In this document: positions 1 to 7,811 of the stretch, piece by piece
Position numbering within the stretch: the first letter of the stretch is position 1
How the letters are laid out: every line of letters begins with the position of its first letter
Source of the DNA: a virus
Taxonomy: Duplodnaviria; Heunggongvirae; Uroviricota; Caudoviricetes
Length of the DNA: 41,766 nt
Direction: 5' to 3' (one strand)
IMG/VR virus record: IMGVR_UViG_2531839131_000018
Program-made: the position numbers and the translations under genes
The notes under the pieces: model-generated
Database searches by the model: none
Seen by the model: only the letters and a program-made list of their open reading frames with translations
What the model was told of the DNA's origin: nothing

Positions 1-1020
1 CTACTTACTGACCACAAGCGGCAAATCCAGTGTTGGGGTGATTTTGGTTTTACGATCGTAAATCAACACCTGATTTTCTGTTTTGTGTCCACTGAAAATT
101 TGTTTGTCGCGACTGCTGCCTTCGTAATCTGAAATCCCTTTGGCTTTTATGTCATGGAAGTTGCATCCAAACGGAACGCCGGCTTTTTGCTCGGCTGCAC
201 GTTTAGCCTGATTCCACCAGTTGTTCAGCGTCTTGGCTATTACCTTCTCGCCTTTGGTTGTGTTGATCACATACTCGCATGTGCCGGAAGATACATTTCG
301 GGCTAACTGGATCGCCGTACGTAATCGCGGAGACCATTCCTTGATTTGTTTAGTGCCAGTCTTGTTTTGCTCAATGTAAATCCCTTTATCCATAATATCC
401 TGCCATTTCAGCTCGAGTACATCACCGAGCCTTGCCGCACAAAGATAGGATATCTCCATTGCAATACATAACTGTGGAATTGCTTCCGCATATATTGCAG
501 CATACTGTTCATCGGTGATGTAAACAGTACGGGCTTTAAGTGTGAATTTTCTGACTCCTTTGCATGGATTATTTTTTACATACCCACGCTCGTATCCCCA
601 TCCGTATATACGGCTCAGACTTGCCAGTTCATGGTTTGCCTGGGTCTTGCTCTCAAGTCCTCGCTTATCCATGAAAATTCTTACCTGTTCAATTTTTACA
701 TTATCAGCAAGCACTTTTCCGAATACTGCCAACAATGCCCTTTGATGTTGCCGATAATCTTTTTGGGTTCGGGGGGCCAGTTCTGTAAATGCAGGGGAGT
801 CCATAAACATGTGCCATAATTTAGCTACTGTCATTATGTTGTGGAGTTTTGCTTTTTCCAGCTCATAATTTTGCCAGACTTTAGCTATGCTGGTTTCCCG
901 CACTCTTCCGAGCCCTATAGTTCTTGTGCTTCCTTCGGGTTTCCATACGTAACTGTAACCATTCGATCTAACACGCGGTGGTAGTGCATTATCTTTTTTG
1001 TTTTTTCTTGGTCTTCCCAT
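1..1020 (-). CDS. int: Phage integrase, tyrosine recombinase family (339 aa, complete; stop at 1-3)
   Basis: Full-length ORF at the prophage end, followed upstream by an overlapping small gene as for lambda xis-int; length and C-terminal R..H..Y-type region fit tyrosine recombinases. attL would lie left of the window. Confidence 0.85.
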   Translation of the reverse strand: MGRPRKNKKDNALPPRVRSNGYSYVWKPEGSTRTIGLGRVRETSIAKVWQNYELEKAKLHNIMTVAKLWHMFMDSPAFTELAPRTQKDYRQHQRALLAVFGKVLADNVKIEQVRIFMDKRGLESKTQANHELASLSRIYGWGYERGYVKNNPCKGVRKFTLKARTVYITDEQYAAIYAEAIPQLCIAMEISYLCAARLGDVLELKWQDIMDKGIYIEQNKTGTKQIKEWSPRLRTAIQLARNVSSGTCEYVINTTKGEKVIAKTLNNWWNQAKRAAEQKAGVPFGCNFHDIKAKGISDYEGSSRDKQIFSGHKTENQVLIYDRKTKITPTLDLPLVVSK

Positions 1021-1240
1021 TGTTCAGCGCCTCAAAATCGGGTTCAGCGGAAACCAGTTCAGGTGCTTTTGGCATCGTAGTCAGTCCGTGTGGAATATCC
1101 CTGCGAAGAACTATTGGTTCGTTTTTAGGACCGATTACAAATGGGATACCGTGCAGCCTTAACTGGTGTTGCTGTTTTGTGTATCGCTCGTATTTCGTGA
1201 TCTCTTGAATCTCTGCTGGCGATAGAGTTAATTCGTACAT
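989..1240 (-). CDS. Putative excisionase / small DNA-binding protein (83 aa)
   Basis: Small basic ORF immediately upstream of int and overlapping its start by about 30 nt, the lambda xis-int arrangement. Call is positional; no strong sequence motif recognised. Confidence 0.45.
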   Translation of the reverse strand: MYELTLSPAEIQEITKYERYTKQQHQLRLHGIPFVIGPKNEPIVLRRDIPHGLTTMPKAPELVSAEPDFEALNNGKTKKKQKR

Positions 1241-1306
1241 GTGGTCACGTGCCTTACAGCATGACCGCCGCCAATATAATTCGGGGACGGCGATCAGGGT
1301 TGAACA

Positions 1307-3673
1307 TTAAAAATCAACCGGATTCGGGATCAGTTTTTGCCAGATTGCTGAAACGTATTTTGCCTGGTGACGGGCATCATCCAGCGCATTGTGGCGCACG
1401 CCTTCAAATGGAATAACGATTCTGGCATCAAAGTCGATTGTTTTTCCCAGCTCAACGATTGTGCGTACATCGCGATCGTTGTAGTAACGCCACGGGCAGG
1501 GGATCCCCTGCCGTTCGTATGAACGGCGCAAAATCGTGTTGTCGAAGTTGGCTCCATTTCCCCAAACCTGAACAAAAAATTCACCGGAGTTTGCGTCGAT
1601 AAATTCCCGCAATTGTAACAGTGCATCATCTAACGGGATTTCATCGGTCATAATGGCAGATTGCGCTTCGCGTGATTGCTTAAGCCACCATTTAATGGTG
1701 TCCCGATCAATGACTCCGCCAGCAGTTTCCAGATCGATAGTCTTACTAAATTCCGGTCCCATATCTCCGGTTTGCGGATCGAAGAATATTGCACCTATTG
1801 AGATAATCGGGGCATCAGGATTGTTTCCCATGGTTTCAAGGTCGATCATTAGATGGTCACATGTCCTGCTGGTGGATGCGTCTATATGATGACCGTTCAT
1901 ATTAATTAAGGGATCTGTCACCTCGCCAGTTTCACTATCGCTGGCATGATGCTGATTGCCGCCAGGGTTCTCCTTGTGTGGATGTTCAGCACCTTCCATT
2001 TCCTCCGGATCATTTTCCTGAACTTCAACCTGATTCTCTTCATTGAATGTTTCCTGGTATGTTGCGTCGCCCATCGCCGCGCCACAATCAGGGCAGTTGC
2101 CCCCACCGCTCTGACCGCAGGTGGTGCAGACTTTTTCCGTTTCTTTCTGGTTCTGGTTCACAGAGTCGAGGGTTTCAATCCCCTTAACCCATTTTGGATC
2201 GTTCGGGTCGCTAATCCCTTCAACAAATTCTCCGCGAGAGGCAGCCAGTAATTTGTCTGCATCGACATGATTTTTGGGCGGAATGTTTTTCCGGGCTTCA
2301 TGGAGTTCTGCCCGCAGTTTCTGATATTTCGCATCAACAGAATTTACCTGTGACTGAGCATCCAGCGGCTGCGTGTTCTGATGATGTTCAGTTGCATTCG
2401 GTTCCACTGTTTCAGCCGTTGCCTGTTCATCTGCCATTGCGCCAGATGGTTGTGGTTTTTCTTCATCGTCCTGTTTTCCTTCTTCTGTTACTCGCTGCGG
2501 CATCGGGGCAGAGGAGCGACCGCAGGCAATATCCACGATTTCCGGATCAGGGTTGGCATGATCGGTTTCAGTCAGTACTTTGTTCAGATATTCAGTGACG
2601 TGTGCGGGGATGACCTCGATCCCAATTGGTGCTTCTTTCACGGACGCAACCACGATGGCGCGGGAATAATCCAGCCCGCCAGGCATAGTGATGAATTTGT
2701 CGCGGAAAACAGAAAAGGGTGGTTTATTTTCAGCGATAATTTCCTCAATGCGTTTAGCATGTGCCGGATGAAGGTTATAGATGTCCACGTCCATTGAACG
2801 GGCCAGTACGCCAGTGGCTACATCGCGCGCCAGTGACGTCAGATCGTGGACGAAACCTTCGCCGCGATCGGTGAGGTTCCCGCCGCCAGCATTAGCACCG
2901 GAAGCCGTGCGAGTGATGCGTGAAACACGATTCCCTTTTCGCCATTCTTTTGTCAGAAGACCGCGATCAATGTGTTCGGTATCCAGCCAGGCTGAAATGA
3001 AATTCTTAAATTCATTGGGCTGATGTTTTTTCGTGATAGAGAACACTGCCTTAATTGCATCAGTCAGGCGGAGCAGGGCGGCATTATCCAGAGTTGTCGG
3101 TTCTGCCATGCTGCGTATGGCCAACAGCAGATTCTGGACATAGCTGTTTTCCTGATCCATCTCAAGAGCAGTAATGTGTTTGCGTTGTTCACGGGTGGCA
3201 TGATGCAGGTATTTCCGATCCCCGGCTGCATACGTAAAAATGTGCAGAAGACGCTGTGTGAACCGCAAAGTGGCTACAGAGACTTCGCAATCCTGGCAAT
3301 CCTCATGGGCGTCTGCCTGCGCGTTTTCTTCCTGGCCTCCCGCCAGTTCTTTGGTTTCTTGAGCATTATCCTGGTGGTGAATGTCGTCTGGCGCTGCTCC
3401 CGGTTTTAGTTCCCAGGTCATGGAGTCTTTGCTGAGTTGATAGCGTTCACTCCAGGTAAAATCGATCTCACCTTCAGGGGGAAGGTCATTAACGACAGGA
3501 AAATTTGTGGCAACAGCTTTAAAATAGTTGCTCAGTTTTTTACCTGACTTAACGATCAGGTAGTCCAGAGTGGCACGGGTCGATTCAAAATCATCACTTG
3601 CCCACAGGATGACGTCAGGTTCACCGGATGATTTTTTCGCTTTCCGTAAAAGGAAGAGTGGTTTTGTGCTCAT
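1307..3673 (-). CDS. Large early protein with C-terminal DnaQ-like DEDDh 3'-5' exonuclease domain (788 aa); N-terminal region resembles the non-catalytic part of RecE (from memory)
   Basis: C-terminal motifs IDLETMG (Exo I), [13 protein letters not shown] (Exo II), [13 protein letters not shown] (Exo III, DEDDh); CTTCGQ..CPDCG zinc-ribbon-like motif; acidic low-complexity linkers. N-terminus [21 protein letters not shown] recalled as RecE-like, unverified. Confidence 0.8.
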   Translation of the reverse strand: MSTKPLFLLRKAKKSSGEPDVILWASDDFESTRATLDYLIVKSGKKLSNYFKAVATNFPVVNDLPPEGEIDFTWSERYQLSKDSMTWELKPGAAPDDIHHQDNAQETKELAGGQEENAQADAHEDCQDCEVSVATLRFTQRLLHIFTYAAGDRKYLHHATREQRKHITALEMDQENSYVQNLLLAIRSMAEPTTLDNAALLRLTDAIKAVFSITKKHQPNEFKNFISAWLDTEHIDRGLLTKEWRKGNRVSRITRTASGANAGGGNLTDRGEGFVHDLTSLARDVATGVLARSMDVDIYNLHPAHAKRIEEIIAENKPPFSVFRDKFITMPGGLDYSRAIVVASVKEAPIGIEVIPAHVTEYLNKVLTETDHANPDPEIVDIACGRSSAPMPQRVTEEGKQDDEEKPQPSGAMADEQATAETVEPNATEHHQNTQPLDAQSQVNSVDAKYQKLRAELHEARKNIPPKNHVDADKLLAASRGEFVEGISDPNDPKWVKGIETLDSVNQNQKETEKVCTTCGQSGGGNCPDCGAAMGDATYQETFNEENQVEVQENDPEEMEGAEHPHKENPGGNQHHASDSETGEVTDPLINMNGHHIDASTSRTCDHLMIDLETMGNNPDAPIISIGAIFFDPQTGDMGPEFSKTIDLETAGGVIDRDTIKWWLKQSREAQSAIMTDEIPLDDALLQLREFIDANSGEFFVQVWGNGANFDNTILRRSYERQGIPCPWRYYNDRDVRTIVELGKTIDFDARIVIPFEGVRHNALDDARHQAKYVSAIWQKLIPNPVDF

Positions 3674-3772
3674 TGTTTTTTAACCTCAACTCAGATTAAA
3701 ATTACTGCGAGTGATGAATGAATGTCCCAGGTTCTTCACTCAGGCCTGCACACTGTGCAGGCTTTCTTTTTT

Positions 3773-4048
3773 TCAGATTTCACCGTTTAATTTCATTGCG
3801 ATCAGGGTTGCCAGAAATCCGGCTTTTTTTTCTGCGGGCAGATTCTTTCCGATGTGAAACAGGCACATTTTTTTGACACCTTCGTGAAGTGTTTTAACGT
3901 TGCCTGATGGACCGTCGATATCAACCACAGTGAATGGGGTTTCTTTATTTTCTGTTTTAATCACGTAGCCAATACGCTTTCCTTCCAGATTAACTTCGTG
4001 AACAATGTCATCAGTAGTTACAACAGTGGCTTCATAACTGGTAATCAT
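3773..4048 (-). CDS. Hypothetical small early protein (91 aa), possibly RacC-like
   Basis: ATG preceded by AAGGAG at 6-nt spacing (reverse complement of 4049-4066); ORF MITSYEATVV... Family assignment is a guess from length and position. Confidence 0.55.
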   Translation of the reverse strand: MITSYEATVVTTDDIVHEVNLEGKRIGYVIKTENKETPFTVVDIDGPSGNVKTLHEGVKKMCLFHIGKNLPAEKKAGFLATLIAMKLNGEI

Positions 4049-4132
4049 GTTTTTCTCCTTAATTAAGGTTGAGCGAATCACTGCCATTGCTGGCATATAA
4101 AAATGAAACCGGATATTTATTACGGTGCTGGT

Positions 4133-4324
4133 TTAAAGCCCTGCCGGGACTTCGTTATTATCCATGCGAATAACTTTATCGACCGGATAACAGTTACCGG
4201 GAATTTTCTGTTCCGCTGCGGCAGCCATGCATTCTTTCATTGAGCCGTATACGCCAGTAACCATGTCAACCGGTTCACCGGAAACAAGAAAAACCGTCAG
4301 AACAAGTGCAAATGTGGTATTCAT
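4133..4324 (-). CDS. Small secreted or membrane-anchored protein with N-terminal signal-like segment (63 aa)
   Basis: MNTTFALVLTVFLVSG hydrophobic N-terminus; its ATG overlaps the stop of the upstream gene (ATGA), indicating translational coupling. Confidence 0.5.
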   Translation of the reverse strand: MNTTFALVLTVFLVSGEPVDMVTGVYGSMKECMAAAAEQKIPGNCYPVDKVIRMDNNEVPAGL

Positions 4325-4509
4325 TGCCAGCATCCTTTTTGCATCAGGCGTAAACGGGCCAGCATTGAAACAATGCATATTTGATTTAATAGCTCCCGTT
4401 CGTGTTTTCTCTTATTAATGGCATCTTCAGTAAATACGGGGTTACTGATTTTGACACCAATTTCAAAACAACCTTCAGACGTATTGACGTTTGGTAATAA
4501 CGTTTCCAT
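4321..4509 (-). CDS. Hypothetical small early protein (62 aa), possibly Kil-like
   Basis: METLLPNVNTSEGC...; GAGGA Shine-Dalgarno 7 nt upstream of ATG; stop overlaps start of downstream gene. Confidence 0.5.
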   Translation of the reverse strand: METLLPNVNTSEGCFEIGVKISNPVFTEDAINKRKHERELLNQICIVSMLARLRLMQKGCWQ

Positions 4510-5091
4510 TATCGCGTCCTCAACAATGAATTTTGTGATGCGGTGCCTGGTGCCTCCAGGTGACGTTAACCAGTTAACAATTAACGCCGGATACAGAGAA
4601 CCCACCCATAAGAACCAATACGGAGGTCAACTAGCCTTTTTAACTGTTCCGCGTGCGCTTAGCCGCATTCACCGCATCACAAAATTCACTTTAAAAAGGG
4701 CGGCAGAGCAGTCACGGAGTAAAACTGATACCGCCAAACGTCACCAGAAAATTGATAACAGAGGGCGTTGCAGCGGAGTTGTCACTTAAGTGTATGGTCA
4801 ACCTGACAACCCGGTGCTTCATCGGGAAGACATGAACCCCCCGCCATACTTACCGCCGCGCCATTTCGCGGAGTGCCACAACCGGAAGCGCACGGTCGAC
4901 GAAAATTTAACGACAGGCTATCTATGAACCAGCTACCTCGCCGTGCGCTTTCGCGTTATGGTCTGACTTTTCAGGGAAATATCCTTTCAGTAAACTGTCA
5001 GTTCCGGATGCTCACCCGTGTCCGGCGCACGCACTCCACCTCACCCGTGGAGAACTCCTTAATTACCAACCTTAGCTTCGTTGGTTAGCTA

Positions 5092-5310
5092 TTAACGCGG
5101 GTATGTAATCATTCTGGCAATGCTTAATGCCGCTGCTTTTTCCAGCCTGGTGATATCCTGCTCCAGAGCGGACAGATTTTCAGCCTGCTTAGCCCTGGCT
5201 TCATTGGCCCATTTCAGATCCTGCGCTGCATTAATTTTCTGGCGCATCCACTCATAAAGTTCATCATCGGTATAGTCTGGCGCGATGATGACGGGTTCTC
5301 GTTTCTGCAT
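5092..5310 (-). CDS. Hypothetical small early protein (72 aa)
   Basis: MQKREPVIIAPDYTDDELYEWMRQ...; AAGGAG Shine-Dalgarno immediately upstream of the ATG. The same frame stays open upstream to 5907 but the internal start is better supported. Confidence 0.55.
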   Translation of the reverse strand: MQKREPVIIAPDYTDDELYEWMRQKINAAQDLKWANEARAKQAENLSALEQDITRLEKAAALSIARMITYPR

Positions 5311-5436
5311 GTCGACTCCTTGTGGTTCGTGTTGCCTGCTTTTAACCACATCAGGCGAGGTGGTATCCTGAAAGCCGACCAAAGCTTTACGGATAAATAA
5401 GTTATGTTGCAACCACCAATAAATCCGCTTAAAAAT

Positions 5437-5724
5437 ATGAAAATTGATTACTGGTATAAAGCACTTACAGTTGTTGGTGCTGCGTTGTTTGTCTTTAATG
5501 GAACATCTTTTTTTGACAGATACCCCGTTGTTCCACTGGCTTTTTTGTCCTCCGGTATTTTCTTCACTGGCCTTGGAGAGTGGATCAATCACCCTCTCAG
5601 AGTGAGATTTATTGGTCCCGGAGCCGTTGCCCGGGGGCATAACCGTTCTCCGTGCACACTCGGCATTATCTTCGATATATTGGGTGTCTGCCTGATTGTT
5701 ACAGGAGTCGTCAAATTCTTCTGA
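5437..5724 (+). CDS. Possible small membrane protein (about 95 aa), opposite strand to surrounding early genes; SieB-like superinfection-exclusion role is speculative
   Basis: Two hydrophobic helix-like segments (ALTVVGAALFVF, SSGIFFTGLGEW). No good Shine-Dalgarno; conflicts with an antisense ORF on the minus strand, so very uncertain. Confidence 0.25.
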   Translation: MKIDYWYKALTVVGAALFVFNGTSFFDRYPVVPLAFLSSGIFFTGLGEWINHPLRVRFIGPGAVARGHNRSPCTLGIIFDILGVCLIVTGVVKFF

Positions 5725-6005
5725 AGAGAATCCACACACAGGGCATACAACCGGAATACGGCAAATGATTTCACCCGGCTCGATGTGTGGGTACTCGCCA
5801 TCAATTTTTTGTTGCTCCCGTATGCCCATGTTGACCTCATTTCCCCTTAACGCCGGGGTAGCGGAACAAAAACCTGCTGCATAGTTAAAGTTGAACCCTG
5901 CCGTCATGTTCTTACGCCTCGGGCTGGCTACTTAACCCCTGACCACTGCCTGGTAACTCGAAGTATTGCCCGGCGTTCTGTGGGGCGGGGTGGGTTGGTG
6001 AACAC

Positions 6006-6035
6006 ATCATAAAACACACAAAATGTGTTAGTCAA
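6006..6035 (-). promoter_or_regulatory. Candidate leftward early promoter (PL-like) overlapping palindromic operator-like sites
   Basis: On the minus strand TTGACT (reverse complement of 6030-6035), 18-nt spacer, TATGAT (reverse complement of 6006-6011); palindromes AACACAT..ATGTGTT (6001-6029) and ACAC-A7-GTGT (6035-6049) overlap it. Confidence 0.4.
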
Positions 6036-6057
6036 CACAAAAAAAGTGTATAAAGGG

Positions 6058-6089
6058 ATAAAAAACTCCCATTCAAGAGGCGATGGGAG
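6058..6089 (-). terminator. Rho-independent terminator after the ParE-like gene
   Basis: Hairpin CTCCCAT-N10-ATGGGAG (6066-6089) followed on the minus strand by a U-run (A-run 6060-6065 on plus). Confidence 0.5.
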
Positions 6090-6097
6090 GTGGTTAG

Positions 6098-6388
6098 TTA
6101 TTCGCTGTTACTGGGATATTGTTGGCGAGCATGTGCCACGCTTACAATTTCAATGCTTGAGGCAGCTACTTTGTACAGTATTATGTAGTTAGGGTGAGCC
6201 ACTATCTCTCTCAATCCAGAAACCCGTTCGCTTGGCGGATATAGGTACGGATGCTCAGATAGGGGTAGTACAGATGTTTCAATGCGTATTTTTAGTCTGC
6301 GCGCTGCCGGAGGGTTCTCCTTGGCGATGTAAGTTATGATCTGACGCAAATCATCGCGAGCAGACGGTAACCATAATATGGGCAGCAT
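6098..6388 (-). CDS. parE: ParE/RelE-superfamily type II toxin (96 aa)
   Basis: MLPILWLPSARDDLRQIITYIAKENPPAARRLKIRIETSVLPLSEHPYLY..GLREIVAHPNYIILYKV..IEIVSVAHARQ matches the ParE pattern; start overlaps antitoxin stop by 1 nt. Confidence 0.8.
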   Translation of the reverse strand: MLPILWLPSARDDLRQIITYIAKENPPAARRLKIRIETSVLPLSEHPYLYPPSERVSGLREIVAHPNYIILYKVAASSIEIVSVAHARQQYPSNSE

Positions 6389-6579
6389 TACACGCTCTCG
6401 CTTTCCGTGGCAATTTGATTGATGATTTTTTCCATTTTTGCCATTACTTCGTCGTGCGGAATTGCCGGGCGTGGATCTGCCAAACTTGCTGCAACCTTGG
6501 CGCGCAACCATTCGTTATAGCTGTTTTCTTGCTCGATAGTTTCAAATTCTGAGACTATTGGCGAAAGAACCGTGTTCAT
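6388..6579 (-). CDS. Small antitoxin (63 aa), PaaA2-like by size and position
   Basis: 63-aa acidic ORF directly upstream of and overlapping the ParE-like gene; GAGAGG Shine-Dalgarno 6 nt upstream. Resemblance to PaaA2 of the PaaR2-PaaA2-ParE2 module is from memory. Confidence 0.7.
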   Translation of the reverse strand: MNTVLSPIVSEFETIEQENSYNEWLRAKVAASLADPRPAIPHDEVMAKMEKIINQIATESESV

Positions 6580-6605
6580 AATATACCTCTCCCGTATGGT
6601 TGTGA

Positions 6606-7004
6606 TTATGCTCGACGTCCTTTTTGAGCGGCGAGCCATCTTGCAACGGTGCGATCCATTGATTCTTTTTTGTCTTTCATGTCCTTAAGCATTTGTTCTT
6701 GCTCTTCTTCTGGGAACGCCCCAAATGTTTGAAGTAAATCTCTTTGGCGCGGACCTATTTTCATTGAGTCAGGCACTACAACCTGTTCATCCTCGCTCGG
6801 AGGAAGCATGAACCAAAAAATAGGTCGTGCGGTTATTTGTGAAAGTCGATCTAAATTGTCAGGATTTGGACTAACCAAGCCCGCAGCCCATCGCTGCACT
6901 GTTTGTTGCGACACCCCAACTAATTTCCCAAGCTCCGCTTGACTCCAGCCTGTTTCAGACAAGAGTTTCTTTATTCTATATGCAGTGATCTCGAGTGTTT
7001 TCAT
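6606..7004 (-). CDS. HTH (XRE/Cro-CI family) repressor, RacR/PaaR2-like; likely prophage immunity repressor (132 aa)
   Basis: HTH motif SQAELGKLVGVSQQTVQRWAAG; divergent from a Cro-like gene; operator-like palindromes in the 7005-7110 intergenic region; co-oriented with the downstream toxin pair. Confidence 0.75.
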   Translation of the reverse strand: MKTLEITAYRIKKLLSETGWSQAELGKLVGVSQQTVQRWAAGLVSPNPDNLDRLSQITARPIFWFMLPPSEDEQVVVPDSMKIGPRQRDLLQTFGAFPEEEQEQMLKDMKDKKESMDRTVARWLAAQKGRRA

Positions 7005-7040
7005 ACCAACAATTCTACTCAAAAAATGAGTAATACGCGA

Positions 7041-7080
7041 CACACAAAAAACGAGTTTACACATACACGTTTTTTGTGTA
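7041..7080. promoter_or_regulatory. Operator-like inverted repeat in the divergent repressor/cro intergenic region
   Basis: ACACAAAAAACG (7042-7053) and CGTTTTTTGTGT (7068-7079) are near-perfect reverse complements; candidate -35 TTTACA at 7056-7061 lies between them. Confidence 0.45.
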
Positions 7081-7110
7081 ACCTCCTTTCGCATAATGGA
7101 GGTACAAATA

Positions 7111-7383
7111 ATGAATGAACATATTAAGAAAAAGGTTGCGGAAAAATTCTCCCAGCGAGAACTGGCTATGCTGATGAGCACGAAACAACAAAGTGTATCT
7201 CGTTGGTTCAACTCTAAGTTCCCTGCATCAAGGGTGATTCATTTGTGTCAATTGATGCAGTGGGAGGTTGTTCCCCATGAGCTCCGACCAGACATATACC
7301 CTAACCCAACCGACGGTTTACCTGTTGGATTCAAGGTTAACACATCAAATGCACCGGAGTTGATTCATGAAAATCAAGCATGA
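7111..7383 (+). CDS. Cro-like / YdaS-like HTH protein (90 aa)
   Basis: GGAGGT Shine-Dalgarno 6 nt upstream; HTH-like segment SQRELAMLMSTKQQSVSRWF; divergent from the repressor. Confidence 0.65.
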   Translation: MNEHIKKKVAEKFSQRELAMLMSTKQQSVSRWFNSKFPASRVIHLCQLMQWEVVPHELRPDIYPNPTDGLPVGFKVNTSNAPELIHENQA

Positions 7384-7792
7384 ACACATCCGCATGGCGA
7401 TGAATGCCTGGGCGCATCCGGACGGCGAGAAAGTACCGGCTGCAGAGATTGCCAAAGCGTATTTTGAGCTGGGAATGACGTTTCCTGAACTGTACGGCTA
7501 CAGCCATCCGGAAGCCCTGGCTCGCAATACTCAGAAAATATTCCGCTGGGTGGAGAAAGACACCCCTGATGCTGTTGAAAAAATTCAGGCGTTGTTACCA
7601 GCGATCGAAAAAGCAATGCCACCTCTGCTGGTGGCCAGAATGCGCAGCCACAGTTCAGCTTATTTTCGGGAGCTGGTGGAGACGCGGGAGCGACTGGTGA
7701 GAGACGCTGATGATTTTGTCGCAGTGGCGATCGCTGGTTTCAACCAGATGAATCGTGGTGGTCCGGCAGGTAATGCAGTGGCTGTACATTAA
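7367..7792 (+). CDS. YdaT-like protein (141 aa; CII-like or toxin-like family, function uncertain)
   Basis: Position directly after the cro-like gene with overlapping start; length and composition fit YdaT-like proteins of Rac-type prophages (from memory). Confidence 0.55.
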   Translation: MKIKHEHIRMAMNAWAHPDGEKVPAAEIAKAYFELGMTFPELYGYSHPEALARNTQKIFRWVEKDTPDAVEKIQALLPAIEKAMPPLLVARMRSHSSAYFRELVETRERLVRDADDFVAVAIAGFNQMNRGGPAGNAVAVH

Positions 7793-7811
7793 GAACGTTT
7801 ATGGGGTTAGG

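Noticed and set aside
4418-5088. Plus-strand ORFs 4418-4789 (123 aa) and 4873-5088 (71 aa)
   Set aside because: No ribosome-binding sites, odd composition, opposite to the direction of the surrounding operon, and one overlaps a well-supported minus-strand gene.
5311-5907. Upstream in-frame extension of the minus-strand ORF ending at 5092 (271 aa as listed)
   Set aside because: The internal start at 5310 has a perfect AAGGAG ribosome-binding site, and the extension includes low-complexity sequence that looks like antisense of the plus-strand membrane ORF. Kept as an open question in findings rather than called as one 271-aa gene.
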